Of a stretch of 64,000 nt of DNA, positions 26,362 to 36,436 are shown piece by piece. Under the pieces are notes generated by a model that did no database searches, was not told the origin of the DNA, and saw only the letters and a program-made list of their open reading frames with translations. Every line of letters begins with the position of its first letter. Positions within the stretch are counted from its first letter, which is position 1. Position numbers and translations under genes: made by a program. The stretch covers positions 164,092 through 228,091 of the forward strand of contig CAWCIS010000006.1 of NCBI GenBank assembly GCA_963795625.1, in the 5' to 3' direction. Origin of the DNA: an uncultured Solirubrobacterales bacterium. GTDB lineage: Bacteria > Actinomycetota > Thermoleophilia > Solirubrobacterales > 70-9.

Positions 26362-27777
26362 GACGCGGGCGAGGTGCCGCAGCGCTGACTGCGCCGCGTT
26401 GTAGCCGCCCATGCCGTGGACGCCGCCGCCGGGAGGCGTCGCCGCCGAGCAGATGTAGTGGCCGGGGATGCCGGTCGCGTAGGGGTCGAGGGCGAGGCGG
26501 GGGCGGATCGTCATCTGCCAGGGGGTGTTGGCACCGCAGACGATGTCGCCGCCGACGTAGTTGAGGTTGTGGGCGGCGAACTCGGCGGGCGAGCGGGTCG
26601 AGGTGGCGACGATGCGCTCGCGCAGGCCGGGGGCGAAGCGCTCGATCTGGTCGAGCACGGCGGTCTCGCCATCCCCGTCGTAGCCGTTGGGCACGTGCGC
26701 GTACGCCCAGATCGGGTGGACGTCCCCGGCCGAGCGCCGGGGGTCGGCGAGGTACTGCTGGCAGACCAGGACGAAGGGGCGGGCCGGCATGCGGCCGCGG
26801 TTGATGTCGCGCTCGGCGGCGACCATCTCCTCGAAGGAGCCGCCCACGTGGACGGTGCCGGCGCGGCGGCAGGCCTCGGCCGTCCACGGCACACCGCCCT
26901 CGACCGCGAGGTCGACCTTGAAGGCGGCCGGGCCGTGCTTGTAGCGGCGGTAGGCGCGGGCGACCCGCAGCGGCAGCCGGTCGCCGGCGATCGCGGCGAC
27001 GGCGCCGGGGGCGAGGTCGAAGGCGACCACGTCGGGGGAGCCGAGCTCGGCCAGCGAGCTCACCTGGACTCCGGTCTCGACCCTGCCGCCGTTCTCGCGC
27101 AGCTCCGCCACCAGCGCGTCGGCCAGCGACTGCGAACCGCCGCCGGCGACCGGCCAGCCGACGCTGTGCCCGGCGGCGATCAGCGCCATCCCGACCGAGG
27201 CGCTCAGCGGCCGCGTCAGCGGGCTGAAGGAGTGGGCGGCGACGCCGCCGAACAGCGCCCGCGCCCGCGCCGTCTTGAAGCCGCGGGTCAGCAGCGAGGC
27301 CGGCGCCGCGGCCGGGATCCCGAAGCGGGCGAAAAGCAGCGGGTGCCGGGTCCGGTGCAGGACCGGCGCCATCAGGTCCTCGTTGAGCGCGTCGAAGTTG
27401 CTCGCTGAGGAGGCGAAGAGACGGCGCCAGGGGGGCCCGTCCTCGTCGAGCCCGGCCACGGTCTCCTCCAGCGAGCGCACCATCGTCGCCGCGTCGCCGC
27501 CGTCGAGCGGGTGGGCGAGGTCGACCTCGGGCCGGCACCACTCCAGGCCGTGTCGCTCGAGCCCGAGCGAGCGGAAGAAGGGCGAGGCCGCCGCCATCGG
27601 GTGGCCCGCCGCGCAGACGTCGTGGATCGCTCCCGGCACGGTCAGTTCGGCGCTGCGGGTGCCGCCGCCGATCGTCTCCGCCGCCTCCAGCACCGTCACC
27701 TCGACCCCGGCCCGCGCCAGCGCCACCGCGCAGGCCAGCCCGTTCGGCCCGGAGCCGACGATCGTCGCCGTGCTCAT
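26359..27777 (-). CDS. phytoene-desaturase-family (CrtI-like) NAD(P)/FAD-dependent oxidoreductase
   Basis: MSTATIVGSGPNGLACAVALARAGVEVTVLEAAETIGGG Rossmann motif. C-terminal ..CSAATPPGGGVHGMGGYNAA. Trimmed from the 1054-aa ORF 26359..29523. Confidence 0.85.
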   Translation of the reverse strand: MSTATIVGSGPNGLACAVALARAGVEVTVLEAAETIGGGTRSAELTVPGAIHDVCAAGHPMAAASPFFRSLGLERHGLEWCRPEVDLAHPLDGGDAATMVRSLEETVAGLDEDGPPWRRLFASSASNFDALNEDLMAPVLHRTRHPLLFARFGIPAAAPASLLTRGFKTARARALFGGVAAHSFSPLTRPLSASVGMALIAAGHSVGWPVAGGGSQSLADALVAELRENGGRVETGVQVSSLAELGSPDVVAFDLAPGAVAAIAGDRLPLRVARAYRRYKHGPAAFKVDLAVEGGVPWTAEACRRAGTVHVGGSFEEMVAAERDINRGRMPARPFVLVCQQYLADPRRSAGDVHPIWAYAHVPNGYDGDGETAVLDQIERFAPGLRERIVATSTRSPAEFAAHNLNYVGGDIVCGANTPWQMTIRPRLALDPYATGIPGHYICSAATPPGGGVHGMGGYNAAQSALRHLARV

Positions 27778-29567
27778 GCCGGCGCCGCGGCGGGTACCGC
27801 CGGCCCCACCCGCCGCTCGACCGCGACCGGGAACTCGAACGACTCTTCCAGCCAGGGCTGGCGCTCGACCATGTCGGCGACGGCGACCGAGCCCTCCTCG
27901 ACCAGCCCGGTGGCGGCGTCGTAGATCGCGTAACGCTGGATGCCGCTGCCGACCGCTTCGGACTCCAGCGTCACCACCCGCACCTCGCCCGGCGCGAAGC
28001 CACAGCGCTCCTGCACCGCCTCCAGCAGCTGGCGCCCGTGGAAGTGGCCGTCGCCGAAGTTCCAGCCGTTGACGACGTTGGAGATCAGCTCGCCCTCGCG
28101 CGCGTCGTAGGCCTCGACGTCGTCGACGGCGTGGGGGAGGAGGGCGTTGAGCGCGCGCCCGTGCGAGTGCATCGCGCGGAAGGCGAGGCCCTTGTTGAGC
28201 AGGAAGTCGGCCGTCTCGCGGTCGTAGATCTCGGCCACCTGGTCGCCGACCACCCGCGCCGCCTTGGTCATCCGCTCGTCCAGTCTCGCTTCGGCGCCGC
28301 TGCCCTTGCGGAACAGCCACTGCGTCGTCGCCCAGTTGCCCGCGTAGTAACGCATCGAGGGCAGGAAGGAGACCTTGTCGGGGCGGAAGTTGCCGAGCAC
28401 CGGCAGGCCGAGGCAGACGATCGCGATGCCGGCGATCAGCAGCGGGTCGTCGAGCGAGGTCAGCGGCACGTCGCCGTAGTGGCCGAAGAGGAAGAGCGTC
28501 CCGAAGATCATGAAGATGTTCCACTCCAGCGGCACCGCCAGCGGGAACATCGAGGTGATGTTGAGGTGGAAGAGGATCATCCCGACGATCGCGATCGCGC
28601 GAACGGTGTTGTTGTCCACGGTAAGCAGGATCAGCGGCCAGCCGAGCTCCTGCACGGTGCCGAAGTGGGAGATGTTGGCCGCCAGTTTCGAGGGCCGCAT
28701 GTCCTCCGGGTAGTCGCGCCACATCTTCCGTTTCAGCGACTTCGGCCCGACCAGCGGCGCGTTGCTGATCATCACCGAGACGACGAAGGGGAAGTGACGG
28801 TTCAGCTTCGAGGAGGCGGCGCCCCACCAGATGAAGATGAAGACGAACTGCCAGGCGACGATCCACTGGCTGGGCGCGAAGAGGCCCACCGCGAGCATCA
28901 TTGCGTAGATTTCCGGCCGCGCGCCGAGGAAGGAGACCTTGTCGCGCAGGCCGAGCAGGGCGAGGAAGCCGAGCAGGATGCCGATGCCGGCGGGATCGAG
29001 ATGCCGGACCCCAGGAACCAGGATGAGTTCGGGCAGGCTCGGGTTGCCGATGTTGACCACGTTCTGGACCCCGGAGCCGAAGAGCAGATAGAAGCCGGTG
29101 GCGAGTACTCCTATATAGAGCGCCACGTCGAGCCAGGTGCGCCGCGTCCCTTTCGTGAACGGCACCCGGTCCGGCCACGGCGGCAGCCGCACCGTCCCCG
29201 GCCGCAGCCAGTAGAGCGGCCCGCCGATCGGCGGCACGAAGCGGAAGCTGAGCGGCATCGAGCCGGCCCCGAGCCCGAGGATCTCCCACAGCAGCGTCCA
29301 GACCGCGAACTTCTCGAACACGATCGGCTGCGTCCACCAGTCGCCGAAGTTGCCGATGCCCCCCAGTCCCGGCGTGGTCGAGATCGCCAGCAGCGCCCCG
29401 CCCGCGTAGACGACCAGCTTCAGCGCGTAGAGCAGGTAGACGAACGAGGGCGACCCGAACCCGTTCTCCCCCCAGTCCTGCACCAGCGGCTTGATCCGCG
29501 CCAGGTGCGGCTTGCGCTTCCACTCCTCCAACTCGAACGGCGGCGGAGCTGGCGAGAGGAAGCTCAT
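27774..29567 (-). CDS. large polytopic membrane protein, DUF3556-like (family by recollection)
   Basis: 597 aa with many hydrophobic segments. Its stop overlaps the start of the downstream oxidoreductase (ATGA). Confidence 0.7.
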   Translation of the reverse strand: MSFLSPAPPPFELEEWKRKPHLARIKPLVQDWGENGFGSPSFVYLLYALKLVVYAGGALLAISTTPGLGGIGNFGDWWTQPIVFEKFAVWTLLWEILGLGAGSMPLSFRFVPPIGGPLYWLRPGTVRLPPWPDRVPFTKGTRRTWLDVALYIGVLATGFYLLFGSGVQNVVNIGNPSLPELILVPGVRHLDPAGIGILLGFLALLGLRDKVSFLGARPEIYAMMLAVGLFAPSQWIVAWQFVFIFIWWGAASSKLNRHFPFVVSVMISNAPLVGPKSLKRKMWRDYPEDMRPSKLAANISHFGTVQELGWPLILLTVDNNTVRAIAIVGMILFHLNITSMFPLAVPLEWNIFMIFGTLFLFGHYGDVPLTSLDDPLLIAGIAIVCLGLPVLGNFRPDKVSFLPSMRYYAGNWATTQWLFRKGSGAEARLDERMTKAARVVGDQVAEIYDRETADFLLNKGLAFRAMHSHGRALNALLPHAVDDVEAYDAREGELISNVVNGWNFGDGHFHGRQLLEAVQERCGFAPGEVRVVTLESEAVGSGIQRYAIYDAATGLVEEGSVAVADMVERQPWLEESFEFPVAVERRVGPAVPAAAPA

Positions 29568-29586
29568 GCCGCCAATGCTCTCACGC

Positions 29587-30240
29587 CTAGTGCTTCTTCT
29601 TGCCCTTCTTCGCCTTCTTGACGCACTTCGCCTTGCCGCGCACGGTCTTCTTCAGGAATCCCCTCTTGCACTTGAGCACCGGCTTCTTGGCGGTCGGCGT
29701 CGGGGCGGGGAGGGCGGTGGAGGCACCGTCGCTTGCGGCCGCCGGCGGAGGCGTCTCGGTCGGGGTGGTCCCGCCGCCACCGGTGGTCACCGCGCTGGCC
29801 TTGCCGCGGACGGCCAGGGCGGTGCGGCCGCTGTCGGGATCGACGGCGATGCCGACCGGCCTCCAGAACGGCAGTTCACCGGACGGGGTCGCGTTCCAGC
29901 CGATCGTGGGCCGAGGGGTCACCACGGTCGGGCTGCTTTCCGGCATTGCCGCCTTCACCCCGCACGCTCCCAGCTCGTTTTCGCCCGGCGGCGCGGTGAC
30001 GGTTTGTTTGTAGGAGCCGTAGACGTCGGTGTTCACCGGCTGCGCCACCGCGATCGGCGCCAGCAGCGCGGCCGCGGGCCAACTCAACCCTGAACCCCGA
30101 ACTGCATCATTTTCGAAAGCTTCAGGATTACGAACGTGATGCAGTTTGTCCGACCTAGTCCTATCGGCAGTTCGCGACCGAACCTTTAGCTTTTTCGAAA
30201 TTAATTTCGAAAAAATCTTCAGAGCCTCTTTCAGAGCCAA
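29587..30240 (-). CDS. exported Thr/Pro-rich protein with Lys-rich Cys-containing C-terminal tail
   Basis: Hydrophobic LSWPAAALLAPIAVAQP. Tail KKPVLKCKRGFLKKTVRGKAKCVKKAKKGKKKH. The start is uncertain because the first ~45 codons lie in an AT-rich, intergenic-looking stretch. Confidence 0.5.
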   Translation of the reverse strand: MALKEALKIFSKLISKKLKVRSRTADRTRSDKLHHVRNPEAFENDAVRGSGLSWPAAALLAPIAVAQPVNTDVYGSYKQTVTAPPGENELGACGVKAAMPESSPTVVTPRPTIGWNATPSGELPFWRPVGIAVDPDSGRTALAVRGKASAVTTGGGGTTPTETPPPAAASDGASTALPAPTPTAKKPVLKCKRGFLKKTVRGKAKCVKKAKKGKKKH

Positions 30241-30261
30241 GAATCGGCGGATCGCCGTAGC

Positions 30262-31329
30262 TCAGAGCGTGATCACGTGGGCGCTATTCGGCGCGACCCG
30301 GCCCTCGAGCACGTCGAGATAGGCCTCGCGGACGCCCTCGAAGCCCTCGCTGGGGATCGTCTGCAGCCAGCCGGCGGTCCACTCGCAGAAGGGGTGCCAG
30401 GCGCCGGCGACGCGTTGCTCCAGCGCGGCCCGCCCCCAGTCCTGGGAGCGCTTGACGACGCGGTCGGGGGCGAAGAAGAAGGTCGGCGTCGGGCCGGGCA
30501 GCTCGGCGTCTCCCCCTCCGAACTCCTCCCAGTGCGTGACGCCCACGGCCATGCTGTGGACGAGCTCGTCGCCGTAGTGGGAGTGGACCGCTTGGCGCAC
30601 CTCGGCGTCGCCGGCGACGTCGACGTAGGTGGCGGGACCGCGCTCGAGCGAGTCGATCGCGTCGTAGGTGACGGTGCGGCCGTAGATCCCGAGGCCGGCG
30701 ACGAACTCGGCGCTGCGCGGCGAGGTCAGGCCGACCAGCTCGATCCCGTCGCGCTGGGCGAGCAGGAAGGCGGCGGCGATTGCGGTCTTGCTGGAGGCAC
30801 TGGAGATGACGATCGGGCCGCGCTCGGTAAATCCCTCGTCGCCGAGCTGGTCGTCGATCAGGAAGGAGGTGAAGAAGAGCGGCCGCAGCAGCATCTGGAT
30901 CGCCTCGGTGCCGGGCCGGTAGAAGGGGTCGGCTGCGGTGGCCAGGTAGCGGTGGTAGGCGGAGGGCAGCGCCGCCCGGTGCGGCGAGCCGTCGACGAAC
31001 CCGCCCGGGTCGACGCTGACCGGCGTCACCAGCAGCCGCGAGGACGGCGGCAGGTAGCCGTAGACGCGGGTCCCGACCTCGACCCCCTCGGCCTCGCTGC
31101 GCTCGACCTCGGCGAAGCCCCACATCGGCACCCGTCCCCAGCCGTCGTCGGCGGGGAAGAAGTCCCAGTAGGACATCGCCTCGCCCATCACCGCGTAGGT
31201 GATGTTGTTGGCGGTCAGCCCGAAGCTGTCGACCCGCAGCAGCGCCTGGCCGGGCGCAGGCGCCGGCGCCTCCGACTCGGCGATGCGACACTCGCGCAGA
31301 TCGTCGCGCTTGACCAGAAAGTCGCTCAT
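30262..31329 (-). CDS. DUF2855 family protein
   Basis: LLRVDSFGLTANNITYAVMGEAMSYWDFFPADDGWGRVPMWGFAEV..GTRVYGYLPPSS matches my recollection of the DUF2855 N-terminal signature. Confidence 0.75.
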   Translation of the reverse strand: MSDFLVKRDDLRECRIAESEAPAPAPGQALLRVDSFGLTANNITYAVMGEAMSYWDFFPADDGWGRVPMWGFAEVERSEAEGVEVGTRVYGYLPPSSRLLVTPVSVDPGGFVDGSPHRAALPSAYHRYLATAADPFYRPGTEAIQMLLRPLFFTSFLIDDQLGDEGFTERGPIVISSASSKTAIAAAFLLAQRDGIELVGLTSPRSAEFVAGLGIYGRTVTYDAIDSLERGPATYVDVAGDAEVRQAVHSHYGDELVHSMAVGVTHWEEFGGGDAELPGPTPTFFFAPDRVVKRSQDWGRAALEQRVAGAWHPFCEWTAGWLQTIPSEGFEGVREAYLDVLEGRVAPNSAHVITL

Positions 31330-31345
31330 CCCTGAGGGGATGGTC

Positions 31346-32710
31346 TCACGGCTTGCCGCGTTTGTAGAGCCAGCGCTGGAACAGCGGGCCGAGGTCGCGG
31401 CCGGAGACTTCCTCGGCGAGGGCGACGAACTGGTCGATGTCGGCGTTGCCGTAGCGGTGCCCGGTCGCCCAGCGGCGCAGCGTCTTCAGCATCTCCGCGG
31501 TCCCGATCTTCAGCCGCAGCGCCTCCAGCGCCATCGCCCCGCGCACGTAGGTGGAGGCGGCGAAGATGCTCTCCGCCGTGCCCGGATGACCTGAGGGCGG
31601 GTCCCAGAACTTCGTACTGGAAGCGGGGACGCGGTTGAGGGTGTGGAAGATCTGGGCGGCGCTGCGGCCGCCGTGGCGCTCGGCGTAGTACCACTGGGCC
31701 CAGGTCGCGAAGCCCTCGTTGAGCCAGATGTTGGGCCAGCGCTCGAGCCCGACCGAGTCGCCGAACCACTGGTGCGCGGTCTCGTGGACGACGGTGGTGA
31801 GGTCGGGGACGAAGGCGTAGGTCGGCCGGGTCTGGGTCTCCAGCGCGTAGGCGAAGTCGGCGACGTCGACGATCGAGCCCGCGGCGTCGAACGGGTAGGG
31901 ACCGAAGATGGCGCTCTCGAAGTGGACCACCTCCGGCAGCTTGCGCAGCACCGGCCAGGTGTCGGCGGCCAGCCGCGGGTCGACCAGGGTCCAGGTCGGG
32001 GTCGCGCCGATCTTGCCGCTGACCAGCCGGCCGCGGCCGATCTCGATCCCGGCCAGGTAAGGGGCCATCGGCTCCGCGGCACTCCAGCTGTAGGCGGTCT
32101 GGGCGCCGCGCCGAGACACTTCGGTCAGGCGCCCGTTGGCGACGCCCTTCAGCCCCCGCGGCACCGTGATCTCGAAGCTGAAGAGGGCCTTGTCCGTAAG
32201 GGTGTTGTTACAGGGGATCCAGGTGGCGGTGCCGATCGGCTCGCCGACCGCGAGGGCGCCGTCGTCGGTCCGGTACCAGCCCTCCTGGGAGCCGTCGGGA
32301 TCGGTCAGCAGCTGGGGCACGCCCTGGTAGTGGACGACAGTGGTGAATTCTTCACCGCCACTGGGTGGGACCCGCGGCGACACCTTCAGCTTGCCGCGGC
32401 CGCGACTGAACTGGGCCGGCCTGCCGTCGACGCTGACCGCGGTCACCTCGAGCCCGTTGAGATCGAGCGAGAAGTGGCTCAGCCGCTGGGTGGCGCTTGC
32501 CTCGATCGTCGTCGTCGCGTTGACCCGGCCGTTGCGGGGCTGGTAGGCGAGCTCGATGTGGTAGTCGGAGACGTCGTAGCCGCGGTTGCCGCTGCGCGGG
32601 AAGAAAGGGTCGCGGGCTTCGGTCCCGGCCGCCGCCGCGCTCGCCGCGAGCAGGCCGGCGAGGACGAGGGTGAAGCAGAGTAGGAGGCGCGCAAGCCGGG
32701 TCCTTGGCAA
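31346..32710 (-). CDS. secreted M1-family zinc metallopeptidase (aminopeptidase N-like)
   Basis: Signal peptide MPRTRLARLLLCFTLVLAGLLAASAAAA. HETAHQWFGD (HExxH) followed by WLNEGFATW. Confidence 0.9.
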   Translation of the reverse strand: MPRTRLARLLLCFTLVLAGLLAASAAAAGTEARDPFFPRSGNRGYDVSDYHIELAYQPRNGRVNATTTIEASATQRLSHFSLDLNGLEVTAVSVDGRPAQFSRGRGKLKVSPRVPPSGGEEFTTVVHYQGVPQLLTDPDGSQEGWYRTDDGALAVGEPIGTATWIPCNNTLTDKALFSFEITVPRGLKGVANGRLTEVSRRGAQTAYSWSAAEPMAPYLAGIEIGRGRLVSGKIGATPTWTLVDPRLAADTWPVLRKLPEVVHFESAIFGPYPFDAAGSIVDVADFAYALETQTRPTYAFVPDLTTVVHETAHQWFGDSVGLERWPNIWLNEGFATWAQWYYAERHGGRSAAQIFHTLNRVPASSTKFWDPPSGHPGTAESIFAASTYVRGAMALEALRLKIGTAEMLKTLRRWATGHRYGNADIDQFVALAEEVSGRDLGPLFQRWLYKRGKP

Positions 32711-32792
32711 GCCTCTGATCCTACGCGCCGCGGACCCCCAAGACGATTGCTCGGCGGGCAGGCCCGTGGGTGGCGCCCACTACGCTCGGCCT

Positions 32793-33269
32793 GTGGCCCG
32801 CATCCACATCCTCGAGCGCGAGCAGCGTGTCGCGCTGCCACTCGAGCGCGCCTTCGAGTTCTACGGCGACGCCCGCAACCTCGAGGCGCTCACGCCGCCC
32901 TGGCTCGGCTTCCGCCTCACCACGCCGGCGCCGCGGCCGATGCGCACCGGCGCCCTGATCGGCTACAGGCTGAAGCTGCACGGCCTGCCGGTGCGCTGGA
33001 CGACGCGGATCGAGGCCTGGGAGCCGCCGCACCGCTTCGTCGACGTGCAGCTCTCCGGTCCGTACACGCTCTGGGAGCACACCCACACCTTCGAGGGGAA
33101 CGACGACGGTACGATCGCGATCCGCGACCGCGTCCGTTACTCCCTCCCCCTCGGCCCGCTCGGCGAGCTCGCCCACGCCCTCTTGGTGCGCCGCGACCTG
33201 CGGCGGATCTTCGACTACCGCCGCGATGCGGTCGCCAAGCTGTTGATCCCTGAGCCCGCCCGGGGTTAG
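32793..33269 (+). CDS. SRPBCC-family (cyclase/dehydrase-like) protein
   Basis: GTG at 32793. ..LERAFEFYGDARNLEALTPPWLGFRL..GYRLKLHGLPVRWTTRIEAWEPPHRFVDVQLSGPYTLWEHTHTF.. Confidence 0.75.
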   Translation: MARIHILEREQRVALPLERAFEFYGDARNLEALTPPWLGFRLTTPAPRPMRTGALIGYRLKLHGLPVRWTTRIEAWEPPHRFVDVQLSGPYTLWEHTHTFEGNDDGTIAIRDRVRYSLPLGPLGELAHALLVRRDLRRIFDYRRDAVAKLLIPEPARG

Positions 33270-33279
33270 GCTGTCCGCA

Positions 33280-33726
33280 ATGGCCGATCCGAAGTTGCCA
33301 CTGAGTGGGGGATGCATGTGCGGCGGCGTCCGCTTCGAGCTCTCCGAGCCACTGCTCGGCGCCCTCTTCTGCCACTGCAAGCGCTGCCAGCGGCGCACCG
33401 GCACCGGCGTCTCGACCACCGCCCTGACCGCTCCTGGCTCCTATCGCACGGTCGCCGGCGAGGATCTCGTCAGCATCTGGGACCCGGGCGACGGCGGTTA
33501 CCTCAAGGCCTTCTGCTCGCGCTGCGGCAGCCAGCTCTTCACCACCAATCCCGAGGACCCCGAGATCCTCGCGATCCGCATGGGCGCGCTCGACGAGGAC
33601 CCCGGCATCCGCCCTTCCGTCCACCAGTTCGTCGGCTACGCCGCGCCCTGGTTCCCCGTCGCGGACGACGGGCTGCCGCGGTTCCCCGAGCGGGTCGGCG
33701 CCTCCGCGCCGCTGCCGGATCCCTAG
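33280..33726 (+). CDS. GFA family (glutathione-dependent formaldehyde-activating / CENP-V-like) Zn protein
   Basis: GGCMCGGVRFE .. CHCKRCQRRTG .. CSRCGSQLF cysteine pattern. Confidence 0.85.
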   Translation: MADPKLPLSGGCMCGGVRFELSEPLLGALFCHCKRCQRRTGTGVSTTALTAPGSYRTVAGEDLVSIWDPGDGGYLKAFCSRCGSQLFTTNPEDPEILAIRMGALDEDPGIRPSVHQFVGYAAPWFPVADDGLPRFPERVGASAPLPDP

Positions 33727-33756
33727 CCGCTGCCGGCGGATCGTCGCTTCGCCGGG

Positions 33757-35043
33757 TCAGCGGCGCTCGTTCAGCCGCGCCGCCTGGGTCGTCAGGTACT
33801 GCTGCTCGGGCAGGCTGTTGGTGCGGTCGGCAGCCCGACGGTACTCGGCGATCGCGGCGTCGGTGTCCCCCGAGCGCTCCAGCAGGTGGGCGCGGGTGGC
33901 GTGGAGGCGGTGGTGGCCCTCGAGCGAGTCGTCGAGCTCGGCGAGCAGGGTCAGCCCGGCCTCGGGGCCGTCGACCATCGCCGCCGCGATCGCGCGGTTG
34001 AGGGCGACCATCGGGTTGCCGGCGATCCGCTCCAGGAGGCCGTAGAGGCCGAGGATCTCGCGCCAGTCGGTGTCCTCGGGACGGGCGGCCCGGGCGTGCT
34101 CGACGGCGATCGCCGCCTGCAGCTGGTACTCGCCGACGGCGCCGCGGGAGACCGCCTCGGCGAGCAGCGCCGTGCCCTCCGCGATCGCCTCCCGGTCCCA
34201 GAGCGAGCGGTCCTGCTCGGCCAGCGGCACCAGCTTGCCGCCGGCGTCGGCGCGGGCCGGGCGGCGGGCGTCGGTCAGCAGCATCAGCGCCAGCAGCCCG
34301 GTGACCTCCGGGTCCTCGGGCAGGGCGAGGCGGGCGATCCGCGCCAGCCGGATCGCTTCGGCGGCGAGCTCGGCCCGGCCCAGGTCGGGGCCGCCGCTGG
34401 TCAGGTAGCCCTCGTTGAAGATCAGGTAGACGACGCGGAGCACCGAGCGCAGGCGTTCCGGGCGCTCGTCCGCGGCGGGCATCCGGAACGACTCCGGCGA
34501 GGCCTCGATGCTCTTCTTGGCGCGGCTGATCCGCTGCGCCATCGTCGCTTCGGGAACCATGAAGGCGCTGCCGATCTCCGCCGTGGTCAGGCCGGCGACC
34601 GCACGCAGAGTGAGGGCGATCGCCGAGGCCGGGGTCAGCGCCGGGTGGCAGCACATGAACATCAGGACCAGGGTGTCGTCGCTGTCGCCGGCGGTGCCGG
34701 GCTCGCTCGGAGGTGCCGCCGCCTCTGCCCGGTCGGCCGCCACCGCGTCCTCGCGCCCGCGCCGCGCCGTCTCGCTGCGGATGCGGTCGGTCATCCGCCG
34801 CGAGGCGACGTGGATCAGCCAGCCGACCGGGCTCTCCGGCACCCCCTGCGCCGGCCACTGCCGCGCCGCCTCGATCATCGCCTCCTGCACCGCATCCTCG
34901 GAATCGCCGAAGTCGCCGAAGCGCCGCACGACCGCGGCGAGAGCCCGCGGCGCCGCCTCACGCAGCAGGCTCTCGGCATCGGGGAGTCGCCTCACGTTCC
35001 GCGGTTCCGTTTCCACGTGATGGGTGGGTCTCGAACCGCGCAA
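33757..35043 (-). CDS. ECF-type RNA polymerase sigma factor with long C-terminal extension
   Basis: Region 2: SEDAVQEAMIEAARQWP..PVGWLIHVASRRMTDRIR. Region 4: LRAVAGLTTAEIGSAFMVPEATMAQRISRAKKSI. The TTG start immediately follows the upstream YciI stop. Confidence 0.85.
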   Translation of the reverse strand: MRGSRPTHHVETEPRNVRRLPDAESLLREAAPRALAAVVRRFGDFGDSEDAVQEAMIEAARQWPAQGVPESPVGWLIHVASRRMTDRIRSETARRGREDAVAADRAEAAAPPSEPGTAGDSDDTLVLMFMCCHPALTPASAIALTLRAVAGLTTAEIGSAFMVPEATMAQRISRAKKSIEASPESFRMPAADERPERLRSVLRVVYLIFNEGYLTSGGPDLGRAELAAEAIRLARIARLALPEDPEVTGLLALMLLTDARRPARADAGGKLVPLAEQDRSLWDREAIAEGTALLAEAVSRGAVGEYQLQAAIAVEHARAARPEDTDWREILGLYGLLERIAGNPMVALNRAIAAAMVDGPEAGLTLLAELDDSLEGHHRLHATRAHLLERSGDTDAAIAEYRRAADRTNSLPEQQYLTTQAARLNERR

Positions 35044-35442
35044 CTAGTGCTCGATCGGGCCCATCACCTCGCGGACCTCGATCGCCTGCTGGATCGGGGC
35101 GCCGTCGTGGGCGGGCGCGGCCGAGGCCCGGGCGGCGATCTCCAGCGCCCGCTCGGTCGACTCGACGTCGATCATCCGGTAGCCGGCGAGCAGCTCCTTC
35201 GACTCCGGGAAGGGGCCGTCGGTGATGACGGGAGCGGCGCTGCCGTCGGAGACGACGAATTTGGCCAGCTCCGGGGTGGTCAGCGCTTGTGCCTCGACCA
35301 GCTCGCCCCGCTCGCGCAGCTCGGCGTTGAGGTCCTTCTGGAAGGCGATGTGAGCCTCGATCGCCTCCGGCGCCCACTCGCTCATCACCGGCACGTCCTC
35401 GCGCATCATTCCTCCGTAGTCCTGCAGCAGCATGAACTTCAT
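35044..35442 (-). CDS. YciI-family (YCII/DGPF domain) protein
   Basis: MKFMLLQDYGG..ITDGPFPESKELLAGYRMIDV..ALEIAAR. ATG at 35442 preceded by AAGGAGG. Confidence 0.85.
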   Translation of the reverse strand: MKFMLLQDYGGMMREDVPVMSEWAPEAIEAHIAFQKDLNAELRERGELVEAQALTTPELAKFVVSDGSAAPVITDGPFPESKELLAGYRMIDVESTERALEIAARASAAPAHDGAPIQQAIEVREVMGPIEH

Positions 35443-35569
35443 CGTTCGCCTCCTTGTTCGTCGCGCCCGATTGGCGCGTTCACCAGTCTGTCGGAGCCGC
35501 GGCCGCGTTCTCGACATCGGCGTAAAGATCTTTTCGGGAGCGCCGCCCCGCCGCCCGGAGTTGCGCTCG

Positions 35570-35887
35570 CTAGAGCTCGAACTCGCCGCGCCGTCCCTCC
35601 GGGACCAGCTCGGCGTACTCGCGGTGCCGCTGGATATATGCCTTGACAAAAGGGCAGAAGGGCAGCACCGCGAGGCCGCGCTCGCGGACGTCGTCGAGGG
35701 CGAAGACGATCAGCTTGCTTCCCAGCCCCTGTCCCTCGAAGCGCTCGTCGATCTCGGTGTGGTTGAAGGCGATCTGCCCAGGCCGGAGCTTGTAGGTGAC
35801 GAAGCCGGCGAGCTCGCCCTCCACCCGGATCTCGTAGCGCTGCTCCTCGCCGTTGTCGCCGATCGCGATCGCGCCGTCGGTCGTCAT
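35570..35887 (-). CDS. small GNAT-family N-acetyltransferase (YjdJ-like)
   Basis: YEIRVEGELAGFVTYKL..IAFNHTEIDERFEGQGLGSKLI..LPFCPFVKAYIQRH. Confidence 0.8.
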   Translation of the reverse strand: MTTDGAIAIGDNGEEQRYEIRVEGELAGFVTYKLRPGQIAFNHTEIDERFEGQGLGSKLIVFALDDVRERGLAVLPFCPFVKAYIQRHREYAELVPEGRRGEFEL

Positions 35888-36026
35888 CCTCGGTCGCCCT
35901 CGACTTCGTCGACCATCTCGTAGTGAGCGACCCCGCGCCAGACCCTGGCGATCACCTGAGCACGGTGGGATTGGCGGCGCGGCATGCCGCCGATCCTATG
36001 CGCGGCCGCGCCACTATGAACCACGC

Positions 36027-36077
36027 GAGCTCGCAGCATTTTGCCGGTCATGGCATGCAAAATCCTTCGAGTTCAGA
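36027..36077. repeat. degenerate copy of the palindromic element seen at 26312..26361
   Basis: GAGCTCGCAGCATT..GGCATGCAAAAT..CGAGTTCAGAC. The left arm and loop end are conserved; the right arm carries substitutions. Confidence 0.5.
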
Positions 36078-36097
36078 CTTCAGGGTCGACGCTGCGC

Positions 36098-36373
36098 CTA
36101 CTCGGGCCTGTCCAGCTCCCGCTCGCGCTCGTCGGCCTTGCGCTCGTTCAGCTCGGCCTCGGCGGCGGCGCGTTTGGCGCGCTCCTCGGCCAGCTGAGCC
36201 TCGGCGCGGGCGTCGTGTGCCTGCTCGCGGTGATGGTCGACGTCGTCGTGCTTGGCCTGGACCTGGGTGCGGGCGAGCTGCTCGGTGCGTTTGCGCTTGG
36301 ACGCGGCCGAGACCAGCGCGGCGACGATGACCAGTACCACTACGACGATGATCACGATCAGAACGGTGGACAT
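36098..36373 (-). CDS. small N-terminally anchored coiled-coil protein (hypothetical)
   Basis: MSTVLIVIIVVVVLVIVAALVSAA is followed by a charged helical region. Confidence 0.5.
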   Translation of the reverse strand: MSTVLIVIIVVVVLVIVAALVSAASKRKRTEQLARTQVQAKHDDVDHHREQAHDARAEAQLAEERAKRAAAEAELNERKADERERELDRPE

Positions 36374-36436
36374 GGGATTCCTCTCCTCGATTGCCTGCCA
36401 CAGGCGGCCGGCTTCGACCGGGCGCTCCCCGTCCGA

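Noticed and set aside
25754-27541. 595-aa minus-strand ORF
   Set aside because: It is an Arg/Pro-rich shadow frame overlapping the DUF4337-like and oxidoreductase genes.
26359-29523. Single 1054-aa protein
   Set aside because: Only the last 472 codons (from MSTATIVGSGPNG at 27777) are protein-like. The upstream part overlaps the DUF3556-like gene out of frame.
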